From assembly GCA_038231275.1 (NCBI GenBank), contig JBBRLQ010000005.1, positions 323,645 through 387,644 on the forward strand: a stretch of DNA of 64,000 nucleotides, read 5' to 3'. The stretch's first letter is position 1. Every line of letters starts with the position of its first letter. A program made the translations under genes and the position numbers. Source of the stretch: Polyangiales bacterium. Lineage in GTDB: Bacteria; Myxococcota_A; Polyangia; Polyangiales; Polyangiaceae. Below the pieces are notes generated by a model that was not told the DNA's origin, made no database searches, and worked only from the letters and a program-made list of their open reading frames with translations. This document shows positions 9,480 through 18,268 of the stretch, in pieces.

Positions 9480-10661
9480 GTGACCGAGTCGCTCAAGGAT
9501 GGCCGCTACGTCGTCACCCGCGCCCTCGGCGAGGGATCGCAGGGCACGACGCTCGAGGCCGTCGACAAGCGTGAAGGGCGCCTCGTCGCGATCAAGCGCT
9601 TCGAACTCAAGAGCGCGCGCAAGTGGAAGGACGTCGAGCTCGCCGAGCGCGAAGCGCGTGTCCTCGCGTCACTCTCCCACCCGCAGCTTCCAGCGTATGT
9701 CGAGCACTTCGAGGAGAACGGGACCCTCTACCTCGTGATGGAGCGCATCGAGGGGTCGAGCCTCGCCGAGTTCCGCAAGAGCGGAGGATCGTTTGGCACC
9801 GACGACGCGATCGCGCTGCTCGAGCAGGCCTCGATCATCCTCGATTATCTCCACGGGCGGGCGCCGCCCATCATTCACCGCGATTTGAAGCCCGGAAACG
9901 TGATCCGACGGCCCGACAAGAGCTTCGCGTTCGTCGATTTCGGCGCGGTGCGCGACAAGCTGCGGCTCGAGGGGGGCAGCACGATCATCGGGACGTTCGG
10001 GTACATGGCGCCCGAGCAATTCCAAGGGCGCGCGGCGCCGGCGTCGGACGTCTATGCCATCGGTGCGACCGTGCTGTGGATGCTCACCGGCGTCGAGCCG
10101 GAGGATCTTCCGCACAAGGGCCTCGCGGTCGACGTGGCGGCGTCACTCGGCGCCCAGGCGAGCCCCGACATCGTCCGTGTGCTCTCGGCGATGCTCGAGC
10201 CCGATCCGGAGAAGCGTCCGCGCCGCATCGGACCGCTCCTCGTTGGCCTGCACGCGGCGCCGGCGGCCGCGCGCCCACGGGTCACGTCGCGGCCCGCGCC
10301 CCCGCCGCCCCCGCCTGCCGCGCTGCGGCCCTCGTCTCATGAAGACGAGTTTCCCGGCAATCTCGTGCGGATCCTGAGGCGCTTCATGCCCGCGCTCTGG
10401 GTGATGAGCGCGCTCGCGTGGTGGTGGCTGCCGTTTCGCACGTCGATGAGCTTCACGATCGGCCTCGTCGTCCTCTCCATCGTCACGCGCGCGTCGCGGC
10501 CTCGGTCGCCGCGAAACAAGGAGGCGCGCCGCAATGAACGTGGCGCCCGCACGCGGGTCGCCGACCCACGCGTCCGGGTCTCCGAGCCCGATCCGCACGA
10601 GGTCGAGGCCGAAGCGGAGCGCGCCTGGCGCGAAGAAGAAGCTCGCCGCCGCGGCCCTTGA
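9480..10661 (+). CDS. Ser/Thr protein kinase with C-terminal TM helices
   Basis: LGEGSQG, VAIK, HRDLKPGN, DFG, GTFGYMAPE. GTG start chosen at 9480. Confidence 0.93.
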   Translation: MTESLKDGRYVVTRALGEGSQGTTLEAVDKREGRLVAIKRFELKSARKWKDVELAEREARVLASLSHPQLPAYVEHFEENGTLYLVMERIEGSSLAEFRKSGGSFGTDDAIALLEQASIILDYLHGRAPPIIHRDLKPGNVIRRPDKSFAFVDFGAVRDKLRLEGGSTIIGTFGYMAPEQFQGRAAPASDVYAIGATVLWMLTGVEPEDLPHKGLAVDVAASLGAQASPDIVRVLSAMLEPDPEKRPRRIGPLLVGLHAAPAAARPRVTSRPAPPPPPPAALRPSSHEDEFPGNLVRILRRFMPALWVMSALAWWWLPFRTSMSFTIGLVVLSIVTRASRPRSPRNKEARRNERGARTRVADPRVRVSEPDPHEVEAEAERAWREEEARRRGP

Positions 10662-10673
10662 TGCGATGAGGTG

Positions 10674-11804
10674 TCACGCAGCTACCGGCAGAGTGAAGTG
10701 GAACGCCGCGCCTTTTCCGAGCTCGCTCTCTGCCCAGATTCGACCGCCGTGCGCCTGCACCGTCTTCTCGCAGATGTAGAGCCCCAGACCGAGCCCGCGC
10801 GGCGCCTCCGTGTCGAGTTGCCAGAAGCGCTCGAACAAATGGGGCAGCGCATCGGACGAAATGCCCGGCCCGTTGTCGCGAACGGTGAACTCGACTTCGT
10901 CCGCCCGCTCCACGACGTGCACGTCGACGGTCCCCTTCGCCGGGGTGAACTTCAACGCGTTGCCGAGCAGGTTCGAGAACACCTGGACGATGCGGTCGTG
11001 GTCGAATGACGCGACGAGGGGCGACGGACGGCCTTCGACGAGTAGGGACATTTTGCGATCCAAGAAAAGCGGCCCATACGCGCGCTGCACCTCGTGGAGG
11101 AGCTCGCCGACGTTGTGTGGCCGTTTGACGATGCGAAACGTGCCCGCGTCGATCCGGGTTACATCGAGCATGTCCGTCAGGAGGCGCTCCATGCGCCCTG
11201 CGGCTTGCGTGATCTCCTCGGCAGCTTGACGCGTGGACTCCTCCTTCGTCTCGTCGACGATCATCCGCGCGCAGATCACGACGACGGTCAGCGCGCCGCG
11301 GAGGTCGTGCGCCACCATTCCCGTCACGTCGTCCCGGCGGTTCCCGTCCGCCTCGGCACGGGCGAGCGCGGCCCCTGCGAGATCGAACGCCATCGCTTGC
11401 GCCACCTCCTCGCCAGCCCTCTCCGTGGCCAGGCGGGCGTCGGTGTCGTGGCGACGTGCCTCCACGCCCGCGCTCAGGTTCTCCTCCTGTCGCCTTCCCG
11501 CAGCTACAGCAGCGTCTGCGTGCTGGCGCTCACGTTGAACGAGCGCGTCCGCATCTTCGCGCTCGGCAATGGCAGAGGAGTTCGGTGACGGCGCGTCCGC
11601 GCGATCGCGCGGCAGCGAACGATCCGACGCTTCCCGAGACGCCCGCAACCGCCGGTCCGCCGCGAAGCGATCGAGCTCGATGATGTCGTCGAGCGTTCGC
11701 CGCAGCGTCGAGCGAATTCGATCGGAGTCAGCTCGCTCCTCGCCGAGTCCCGCATCGGTGCTCGCGCGTCGCGCCAGCAAGTCGCGAAGTCGATTCATGA
11801 CCAC
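10674..11804 (-). CDS. Cytoplasmic sensor histidine kinase
   Basis: H-box VAHDLRG, N-box NLLGNALKF, DNGPG, GLGLGL; no TM segment, charged N-terminal coil. Confidence 0.92.
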   Translation of the reverse strand: MVMNRLRDLLARRASTDAGLGEERADSDRIRSTLRRTLDDIIELDRFAADRRLRASREASDRSLPRDRADAPSPNSSAIAEREDADALVQRERQHADAAVAAGRRQEENLSAGVEARRHDTDARLATERAGEEVAQAMAFDLAGAALARAEADGNRRDDVTGMVAHDLRGALTVVVICARMIVDETKEESTRQAAEEITQAAGRMERLLTDMLDVTRIDAGTFRIVKRPHNVGELLHEVQRAYGPLFLDRKMSLLVEGRPSPLVASFDHDRIVQVFSNLLGNALKFTPAKGTVDVHVVERADEVEFTVRDNGPGISSDALPHLFERFWQLDTEAPRGLGLGLYICEKTVQAHGGRIWAESELGKGAAFHFTLPVAA

Positions 11805-11981
11805 CCCCCCACCGACGTTACAGGATCGGCCGGAAGAGGGGAGGGCCGCAAGGGTCTTTCGTCGGTCTCAGGGTTTGACTCGTGCGCCGACCGCTGCCCT
11901 TGTACGCATGGCGGTTCGCGGTTTCGTGCGCCCTATGGAAGGGCGAGCGCCGAAGCCAAGGAAGTGAGCCGCCGCCGACCG

Positions 11982-12599
11982 TTACTGTCGAAGCATCTTC
12001 GCGGCGAGCTCCGCGCGCTGGGCCGGCGTGAGCACCGGCACCGTCGCGTCGAGGCGGTCGACCATCCGAGCGGCGCCGCGATCGCCCGCGGGCTCCTGCG
12101 CCATCCGGTCGTGAATCTGCTTCTTCTGCTCCGGCGTGAGGTTCAGCCCGTGGCCGCCGTGGTGGCGACCCTCGCCCTTCGCCTCGCCGTCTTTGCCGCC
12201 CTTGCCGTTGGCGTCCTTCTTGGCCTGATGGGCGGCGTGCTTCGCTTCGCGGATCTTGGCGAGCTCCGCCTTCTGCGCGGCGGTCAGCGTGTCCTCTTGG
12301 ACCTTCTTCGCGTTCGCCTCGGCGACCTTCGCCGCGTCGAGCTGCGGCTTGACGGCGGCGCGATCGATGATGCCTCGCTCGACCTGCGCGGCGAGCGCGA
12401 CCCTCAGATCGGCGTGCGCCTTGTGCTCGGCCGCCTCCGCGGCGTCGAGCTTGGCTTTTTGATCCTGCGTGAGCGACGGCAGCGCGCGTGCGCCACCGCC
12501 GTGACCGCCGTGACCGCCACCGGCGAGCGCGGCGCCGCCGAGGGCGAGCGACGCGAGGACGAGGGACGCGGACACGAGCGTGCGGATGTTCTTGGACAT
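11982..12599 (-). CDS. Spy/CpxP-like periplasmic helical protein
   Basis: Signal peptide MSKNIRTLVSASLVLASLALGGAALA; repeated LTxxQ motifs (LTQDQ, LTAAQ, LTPEQ, LTPAQ). Confidence 0.8.
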   Translation of the reverse strand: MSKNIRTLVSASLVLASLALGGAALAGGGHGGHGGGARALPSLTQDQKAKLDAAEAAEHKAHADLRVALAAQVERGIIDRAAVKPQLDAAKVAEANAKKVQEDTLTAAQKAELAKIREAKHAAHQAKKDANGKGGKDGEAKGEGRHHGGHGLNLTPEQKKQIHDRMAQEPAGDRGAARMVDRLDATVPVLTPAQRAELAAKMLRQ

Positions 12600-12663
12600 G
12601 TTGGTTTCGATGGCCTCCGCACGGATCGACGTACGGCCCGCCCGATCGAATCCTGCGCGCGCG

Positions 12664-12678
12664 GTAAAGAACCGTGAA
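12664..12678. promoter_or_regulatory. Candidate CpxR/OmpR-family box GTAAA-N5-GTGAA
   Basis: One mismatch from GTAAA-N5-GTAAA, about 65 bp upstream of the Spy/CpxP-like gene. Confidence 0.4.
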
Positions 12679-12804
12679 CCCGAAAACCCGTCACGTTGCG
12701 CGGAGAACGGCCCGCGGCAGCGTGCGTAACGGCGTACGCTTTGGCCACGGAAGACCTCCGGCGACCACGTGAACGGCCGCCCTCCGCGTGGTAAGACGCA
12801 AGAC

Positions 12805-14766
12805 ATGGACGTGACGATCGCCGGGAGAATCCTCTACATCACCGAGGACCCGAAGCTCCTCGAGGCGCAGCTGATCGGGCAAGACCTCCCGCACGCGCCG
12901 TACGCCGCGGGCGCCGGGCTCGTCTCGAACATCTCCACCGACGAGCTCACCCCCGGCTGGGTTTGTTACTACTACGACGAGACGCTCGCGCGGTATTGCC
13001 TCGTCGGCCTGCGCGGCGGCGTCGTGAAGCAGGACGCCATCAAGAACGGCGGCTTCGGCGTCATCGTGAGCGGCATCTCCAAGGGCTGCGGCAGCTCGCG
13101 CGAGACCGCGCCGTACAGCGAGCTGAAGAGCGGCGTCCAGCTCGTCATCGCCAAGAGCATCGAGAAGATCTACCGCCAGAACTCGCAGAACATCGGCCTC
13201 CTCACGAGCACCGACTTCGGTCTCATCCCGCGCATCGCGCGCGGCGAGGCGATCCCGATGAGCGAGTTCACCAAGGGGCTCGATCCGATCAGCGCGTCCA
13301 TCGTCGAGCACGGCGGCCTCTTCGCGTACAACCGCGCGCGCGTCGCCGGGAAGATCAGCCCGCCGCAGATCACGACGGCGGCGCGGCCGATGACCCTGTG
13401 CGAGAAAATCCTCGCGCGTCACGTCATCACCGACGCCAAGAGCGGCGCGCTCGGCGTGACCGCCGTGAAGCCGGGCGACGCGTTCTTCGCGCGCACCGAC
13501 GTCCGCTTCAGCCACGAGTACGTGACGCCGATGGCCGAGTCGCTCTTCGTCGCCGAGATGGGCAAAGACGCCACGGTCACCGATCCCGCGAGCGTCTTCG
13601 CGTTTCGCGACCACCTCACGTTCCTCGATCTCGTGATGCCCAAGGCCCACAAGGACATGGGCCTGAAGGAGCAGGCCGGCTCGCTCGCGACGGTGCAAGA
13701 GAGCTTCACCAAGCGCCACTCCATCAAGCTCTACGGCGAGGTGCACCGCGACGGAAAGCTCGTGGGCAGCGAAGCCATCTGCCACAACAAGGTCATCGAA
13801 GAGCTCGCGCTTCCCGGGCAGCTCGTCGCCGGCACCGACTCGCACACCTGCATGGCCGGCGCCCTCGGCTGCTTCGCATTCGGCGTCGGCTCGACCGACA
13901 TGGCCAACGCCTGGTACACGAAGGACGTCCGCGTCACGGTGCCCGAGACCGCCAAATTCGTGCTCCGCGGGAAGCTCCGCCCCGGCGTCTGCGCGAAGGA
14001 CGTCATGCTCCACATCTTGAGCCAGCCGTTCTTCAAGACCGGGCAGGGCATCGGCAAGGTGCTCGAGTTCACCGGTGACGGCGTTCGTGGCCTCTCGCTC
14101 GACGAGCGCGCCACGCTGACGAACATGGCGGTCGAGGCCGGCAGCTTCACCGGCATCATCGAGGCCGACGACGTCATCGTGGACTACCTCGTCGCGCAGC
14201 GCGGCCTCCGCGCCGACGACGTTCGCGCGCGCATCGTCAAAGCAGATCCCGACGCCACGTACGCGGCGACGTTCGAGATCGATCTCGCGTCCTTGGCCCC
14301 GATGGTGGCCACGCCCGGCGATCCTCGCAACGGCGTCCTCCTGAGCGAGCTCGGCGCCGAGGTGAAGATCGACATCGCGTACGGCGGCTCGTGCACCGGC
14401 GGCAAGAAGGCGGACATGGACATGTACGCCGAGGTCCTGCGCGCGGCCGTCGCGAAGGGCCGCAGGGTGGCGCCCGGCGTGCACCTCTACATCCAGTTCG
14501 GCTCGCAGGACATCCGCCGCTACGCGGAGGCGAAGGGGTACCTCGAGGTCTTCGCGAAGGCGGGGGCCGAGCTCGTCGACCCGTCGTGCGGCGCGTGCAT
14601 CAAGGCGGGACCCGGCGTGAGCGACCGCGCCGAGCAGGTCACCGTCAGCGCGATCAACCGCAATTTCCCGGGCAGAAGCGGCCCGGGAAAGGTGTATCTT
14701 GCAAGTCCGCTGGTCGTCGCCGCCAGCGCGATCTGCGGCAAGATCGCCGGCCCCGAAGCGATCTAG
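12805..14766 (+). CDS. Aconitase/isopropylmalate isomerase family; LeuD-like swivel domain fused N-terminal to a LeuC-like domain
   Basis: NISTDELTP, GCGSSRE (small subunit); MTLCEKIL, GTDSHT, GGSCTGG, PSCGACI, NRNFPGR (large subunit, Fe-S cysteines). Confidence 0.9.
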   Translation: MDVTIAGRILYITEDPKLLEAQLIGQDLPHAPYAAGAGLVSNISTDELTPGWVCYYYDETLARYCLVGLRGGVVKQDAIKNGGFGVIVSGISKGCGSSRETAPYSELKSGVQLVIAKSIEKIYRQNSQNIGLLTSTDFGLIPRIARGEAIPMSEFTKGLDPISASIVEHGGLFAYNRARVAGKISPPQITTAARPMTLCEKILARHVITDAKSGALGVTAVKPGDAFFARTDVRFSHEYVTPMAESLFVAEMGKDATVTDPASVFAFRDHLTFLDLVMPKAHKDMGLKEQAGSLATVQESFTKRHSIKLYGEVHRDGKLVGSEAICHNKVIEELALPGQLVAGTDSHTCMAGALGCFAFGVGSTDMANAWYTKDVRVTVPETAKFVLRGKLRPGVCAKDVMLHILSQPFFKTGQGIGKVLEFTGDGVRGLSLDERATLTNMAVEAGSFTGIIEADDVIVDYLVAQRGLRADDVRARIVKADPDATYAATFEIDLASLAPMVATPGDPRNGVLLSELGAEVKIDIAYGGSCTGGKKADMDMYAEVLRAAVAKGRRVAPGVHLYIQFGSQDIRRYAEAKGYLEVFAKAGAELVDPSCGACIKAGPGVSDRAEQVTVSAINRNFPGRSGPGKVYLASPLVVAASAICGKIAGPEAI

Positions 14767-14779
14767 AGCAGACCGAGCC

Positions 14780-16315
14780 TCACAGCGGACCGAACAGCTC
14801 GTGGTATTTCGCTGCCGCGACGGGTACGGCGTCGGCGCCGTCGTGGAAGGGGCCGTTCTGGCTGCCTGTGGACTGCTTGGTCATGGGGTAGACGACGGAC
14901 TTGGCCGCCGGTCCCACGTCGCTGCCGTCGAGGCCCTCGGCGAGCACGTCATAGGCGACGTTGTTCGCGGGGTCGGCGAAGAAGTCGTACATCAGCTGGA
15001 CGAATGCGTCGTCGTCGTTGCCGCCGTGGCCATCCATGCGCAGCGGCGGCGCCCACTCGCTGACGGCCAAGGGCTTGTGCTTCTCCCTGCCGAACGCCGC
15101 GAACGCGGCGAGGCTCGCCCGATGACCCGTGACCGCATCGTCGAACGCAGCGGTCGGCCATGCGTCGAAGAGGTTGACCATGACGCCGGTGACGGCGCGC
15201 GCGGCCGGCACGTTGAGTGTGGCGCTCGGCGGGCTGGCGGAGAGATCGACGGAGTCGACCTTGGCAAACAGCGGGTAGCTCGTCGGCGCTCCTCCGCTCG
15301 TCCCTGCCGTGTACACCTGGATGGAGCGTCCACGGTCGGTCGCCGCGAAGTGACGGCCGCTCGGTGTGGACCATCCCGTGACGACCATGCTGGCCGCCGC
15401 CATCGACCCCGTGCCTTGCACGATCGTCGGCGTGCCCGCGGCATAACTCTGATCGAACAGAGTGAGACCGACGTAGTCGACGTAGTCGGCGCCGGCGCCG
15501 TCGGGGCCGCCCGGGTACGCCGCCGCGACGACCGACGCCGGAACGTGCACGCCGCCCGCCTCCGCGTCCACGTACGTCGCGTTCCACTCGAATCTGAATT
15601 TCTGCCCGGGGACGCCGCGCGCGATGTCGACGACGCGCCGATATGCCGATTTGTACGCGGTGGCCGCGTCGGTCAGCGACGCGTACCCGGTCGTCGCGTC
15701 CAGGTTGATCGGCGCCGCGATGCTCCACGCGAAGCCCGATCCTCCCATCGCCCATCCGAGTCGAACGATCGCATCACCCTGCCCGTACTGTACGAGCCTG
15801 TTGAACCACGTCTTGAAGCTCGCGTCGGCGTTGCCGGCGTTCGTGTCTTTCAGGCCCACGTCGTTGCCGCGCGTGAGCGGCGTCGACCACAGCGCCTGGA
15901 GACCGACGAGCGACGGCGTCATCCTCGCCGGCAAACCCCACGTCGATCCGTTGCGCGTTCCGAACGCGTAATCGAGGACGGTCTGCGCTTGCCCGGGATC
16001 CGGATAGGCAATCGCGTTGAAGATTTTGCAATTGTTGCGACTGGTGCCCGTGCGCCAGGTGCCGATGTTCTTGTACCAGGTCATCGCGTCGTCGACGCTC
16101 TGCGTGCGGTAGGTGTCGTCGACGACGTTGCGCATGAGGAAGCCGGACATCCAGGTCCTGCCGACGCCGGCCTCGGCGTCCGCGCCAGCGTCGATGGCGC
16201 TGCCGCTCGCCGGATCGATCTCTCTCAGTCCGAGCACAGTGCTGCACGCGCAGAGCCACGCCAATCCGGCCGCGAGCGGAAGGGAGAGGCGGGGACGCCA
16301 GAGACGGCCGATCAC
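14780..16315 (-). CDS. GH26-like lipoprotein with degenerate active site (probable pseudoenzyme)
   Basis: Lipobox-like WLCAC. RLGWAMGG in place of RLGWEMNG; VGLTLFD in place of VGTDSYD; KPLAVSEW retained. Close paralog of 19925-21565. Confidence 0.75.
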   Translation of the reverse strand: MIGRLWRPRLSLPLAAGLAWLCACSTVLGLREIDPASGSAIDAGADAEAGVGRTWMSGFLMRNVVDDTYRTQSVDDAMTWYKNIGTWRTGTSRNNCKIFNAIAYPDPGQAQTVLDYAFGTRNGSTWGLPARMTPSLVGLQALWSTPLTRGNDVGLKDTNAGNADASFKTWFNRLVQYGQGDAIVRLGWAMGGSGFAWSIAAPINLDATTGYASLTDAATAYKSAYRRVVDIARGVPGQKFRFEWNATYVDAEAGGVHVPASVVAAAYPGGPDGAGADYVDYVGLTLFDQSYAAGTPTIVQGTGSMAAASMVVTGWSTPSGRHFAATDRGRSIQVYTAGTSGGAPTSYPLFAKVDSVDLSASPPSATLNVPAARAVTGVMVNLFDAWPTAAFDDAVTGHRASLAAFAAFGREKHKPLAVSEWAPPLRMDGHGGNDDDAFVQLMYDFFADPANNVAYDVLAEGLDGSDVGPAAKSVVYPMTKQSTGSQNGPFHDGADAVPVAAAKYHELFGPL

Positions 16316-16375
16316 CCTCCGACTATAACGCACGCGGCAGCGGGCGAGTTGGCGACCCATGTAGATGCCCTGCCC

Positions 16376-17263
16376 TCAGGGGTCGTCGATGCGCAGCATG
16401 CTTCCGAGGGTCATGTCGAAGCGGCTCTGGATCATGTTCACGATGCTGTCGACCTCCGCGTCGGTCGCCCCGAGACGCGCCATCATCGCGCGACGCGTCT
16501 CGTCCACGAGCGCTTGGCGCGCTTTGACGATCCAGCGGGCCGCCGTCGCGCGATGCACGCCGTAGATGGCTCCCACCCGATCGACGTCGAGCTTCTGCGC
16601 GAACGCATACGACAAAAGATTCCGATTCTTCGGGTCGAGGGCGAGGAGGGCGTCGGTGACCGCCGCCTTGAAGTCGGCGCGGTACACCCGCTTCAGATGC
16701 TCCAGCTCGAAGTCTCCTTCGCCTGCTGCGAGGTCGGCGAGCACCTCCGCGTCGGTCGGCGTGTCGCGCTCGGGCTTGGCGACGAGTCCCAGGACCACGC
16801 GTGACGCGACGACGCGCAACCACGCGCGGACCGAGCCGAGCCCGCGGTACTCTGCGATGCGCGGCGGCGCGCCCTCACGCGCGACGAAGATGCGCTCGCG
16901 CACCAACTGCGCCACGTCGTCGTCGGACGATTGGAGTCGCGTGGATCGGCGCACGGCGTGGAAGACCTCGCCGAAGTAGCGCCGCTCGAACGCCGCGATC
17001 GCCCGCGCGTCGCCCTCCGCGCACGCGCTGGCCACGTAGAGATCGGCGAGACGCAACGACGAGAGCGCCGCCGCGAGAGGCAGGTCCGCCGGCAACCGAA
17101 GCGCGATCCAGCGGGCGAACGCGACCTCCGCGACCGCGAGCCCTGGCCACTCGGCGCACGCATGCGCGAACGCGTCGTCGGCGGCGCGACGCCCGGCGGC
17201 ATCGAGGTCCTCACGGCGCCCCGCGGCTGCCGTCGCTTCGGTCAACGCAGACGAGAAGAGCAC
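16376..17263 (-). CDS. Myxobacterial-type ECF sigma-70 factor with N-terminal extension
   Basis: DLYVASACAEGDARAIAAFE, YRGLGSVRAWLRVVA, IYGVHRATAARW HTH. Recalled as typical of Myxococcales kinase-associated ECFs. Confidence 0.85.
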   Translation of the reverse strand: MLFSSALTEATAAAGRREDLDAAGRRAADDAFAHACAEWPGLAVAEVAFARWIALRLPADLPLAAALSSLRLADLYVASACAEGDARAIAAFERRYFGEVFHAVRRSTRLQSSDDDVAQLVRERIFVAREGAPPRIAEYRGLGSVRAWLRVVASRVVLGLVAKPERDTPTDAEVLADLAAGEGDFELEHLKRVYRADFKAAVTDALLALDPKNRNLLSYAFAQKLDVDRVGAIYGVHRATAARWIVKARQALVDETRRAMMARLGATDAEVDSIVNMIQSRFDMTLGSMLRIDDP

Positions 17264-18268
17264 TCAGAATCTCCCCGTGACATCGAGCGAAGCGCCGGCG
17301 GGGCCGACGTTGGGCGCGAAGACGAGACCCGTCCGAGAGGGGCGAGCCGGCGACACGACGAGGAGCGTCACGCCGCCGGCTGCGAGCACGAGGCCGGCGA
17401 CGAAGGCGACCGTCGATACGCGCGCAGCCTGATGCGCTGTGTCGTTTGCGGAGAGGCCGTCGGCGTTCGCGCAAGGACTGCGGGGGCAGGCGCGGTCGAC
17501 GTCCGCCTTCTTCGCCCATGCGAACGCGCCCGCCGCGATCCCGACGCCGACGCCCGTCGCACCTGCCGCCAGGCCGACGATGCCGAGCGTGTGCATCGTC
17601 GTCGACGGGCGCGCGGGCGGCGAGGACGCAGCTCTCTCCGGCGCGGCCTCTCTCACGGCCACCGGCTCCTCGGTCGCCTGCGCGAGCTCGGGTACGGTCA
17701 CGCGCGTGGAGGCATGGGCGCCCTCGACGCGTGTTCGGCTCGTCCACGCGACCCTTCCGGGCGCTCGCGCGACCACGACGTGCTCACCGGGGTCGACGGG
17801 GATCTCGACGCCCCACTCGGCGGGACCGACCTCGAGGCCGTCTCTCGTGATCGTGAGCCCGGCGACGGCGTTGTCCGCGGGAACCTCGACGACGAGGTGC
17901 AGGAGCTGGCGCTCGAGCGCCTGCGCGCGTTCGAGCGCAGTGGCGCGCCAGTCGGCGCGATGTCGCTCGTTGGCCGCCTTCGCAGCGTCCGTGAAAGTCA
18001 CCCACGCGCTCGCGGTGCGTCCCGTTCGCTCGTAGCAATCCGCGAGGTTCAGCAGCGTGCCCGCGGCAGGGTCCAGCCGTTGGCTCTCTGCGAGCTTCGG
18101 GCATGCCTCCGCGTAGCGTCCTTCGACCATCAGCTTCCGCGCTGCCTTGAACAGCGATTCCGCCGCGGCTTGCGCCTCGGCGTCGGTCGCGCGCGCCGCG
18201 GGGGCGACCGCGAGGACGGCGACGACGGCGAACGAGGCTGCCCTATTCGCGAGCGATCGTCGGCTCAT
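17264..18268 (-). CDS. Exported TPR + PEGA-like membrane protein
   Basis: Signal peptide; ACPKLAESQRLDPAAGTLLNLADCYE TPR; VDPGEHVVVARAPG; C-terminal TM segments ending GRF. ATGA overlap with the kinase stop. Confidence 0.85.
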   Translation of the reverse strand: MSRRSLANRAASFAVVAVLAVAPAARATDAEAQAAAESLFKAARKLMVEGRYAEACPKLAESQRLDPAAGTLLNLADCYERTGRTASAWVTFTDAAKAANERHRADWRATALERAQALERQLLHLVVEVPADNAVAGLTITRDGLEVGPAEWGVEIPVDPGEHVVVARAPGRVAWTSRTRVEGAHASTRVTVPELAQATEEPVAVREAAPERAASSPPARPSTTMHTLGIVGLAAGATGVGVGIAAGAFAWAKKADVDRACPRSPCANADGLSANDTAHQAARVSTVAFVAGLVLAAGGVTLLVVSPARPSRTGLVFAPNVGPAGASLDVTGRF

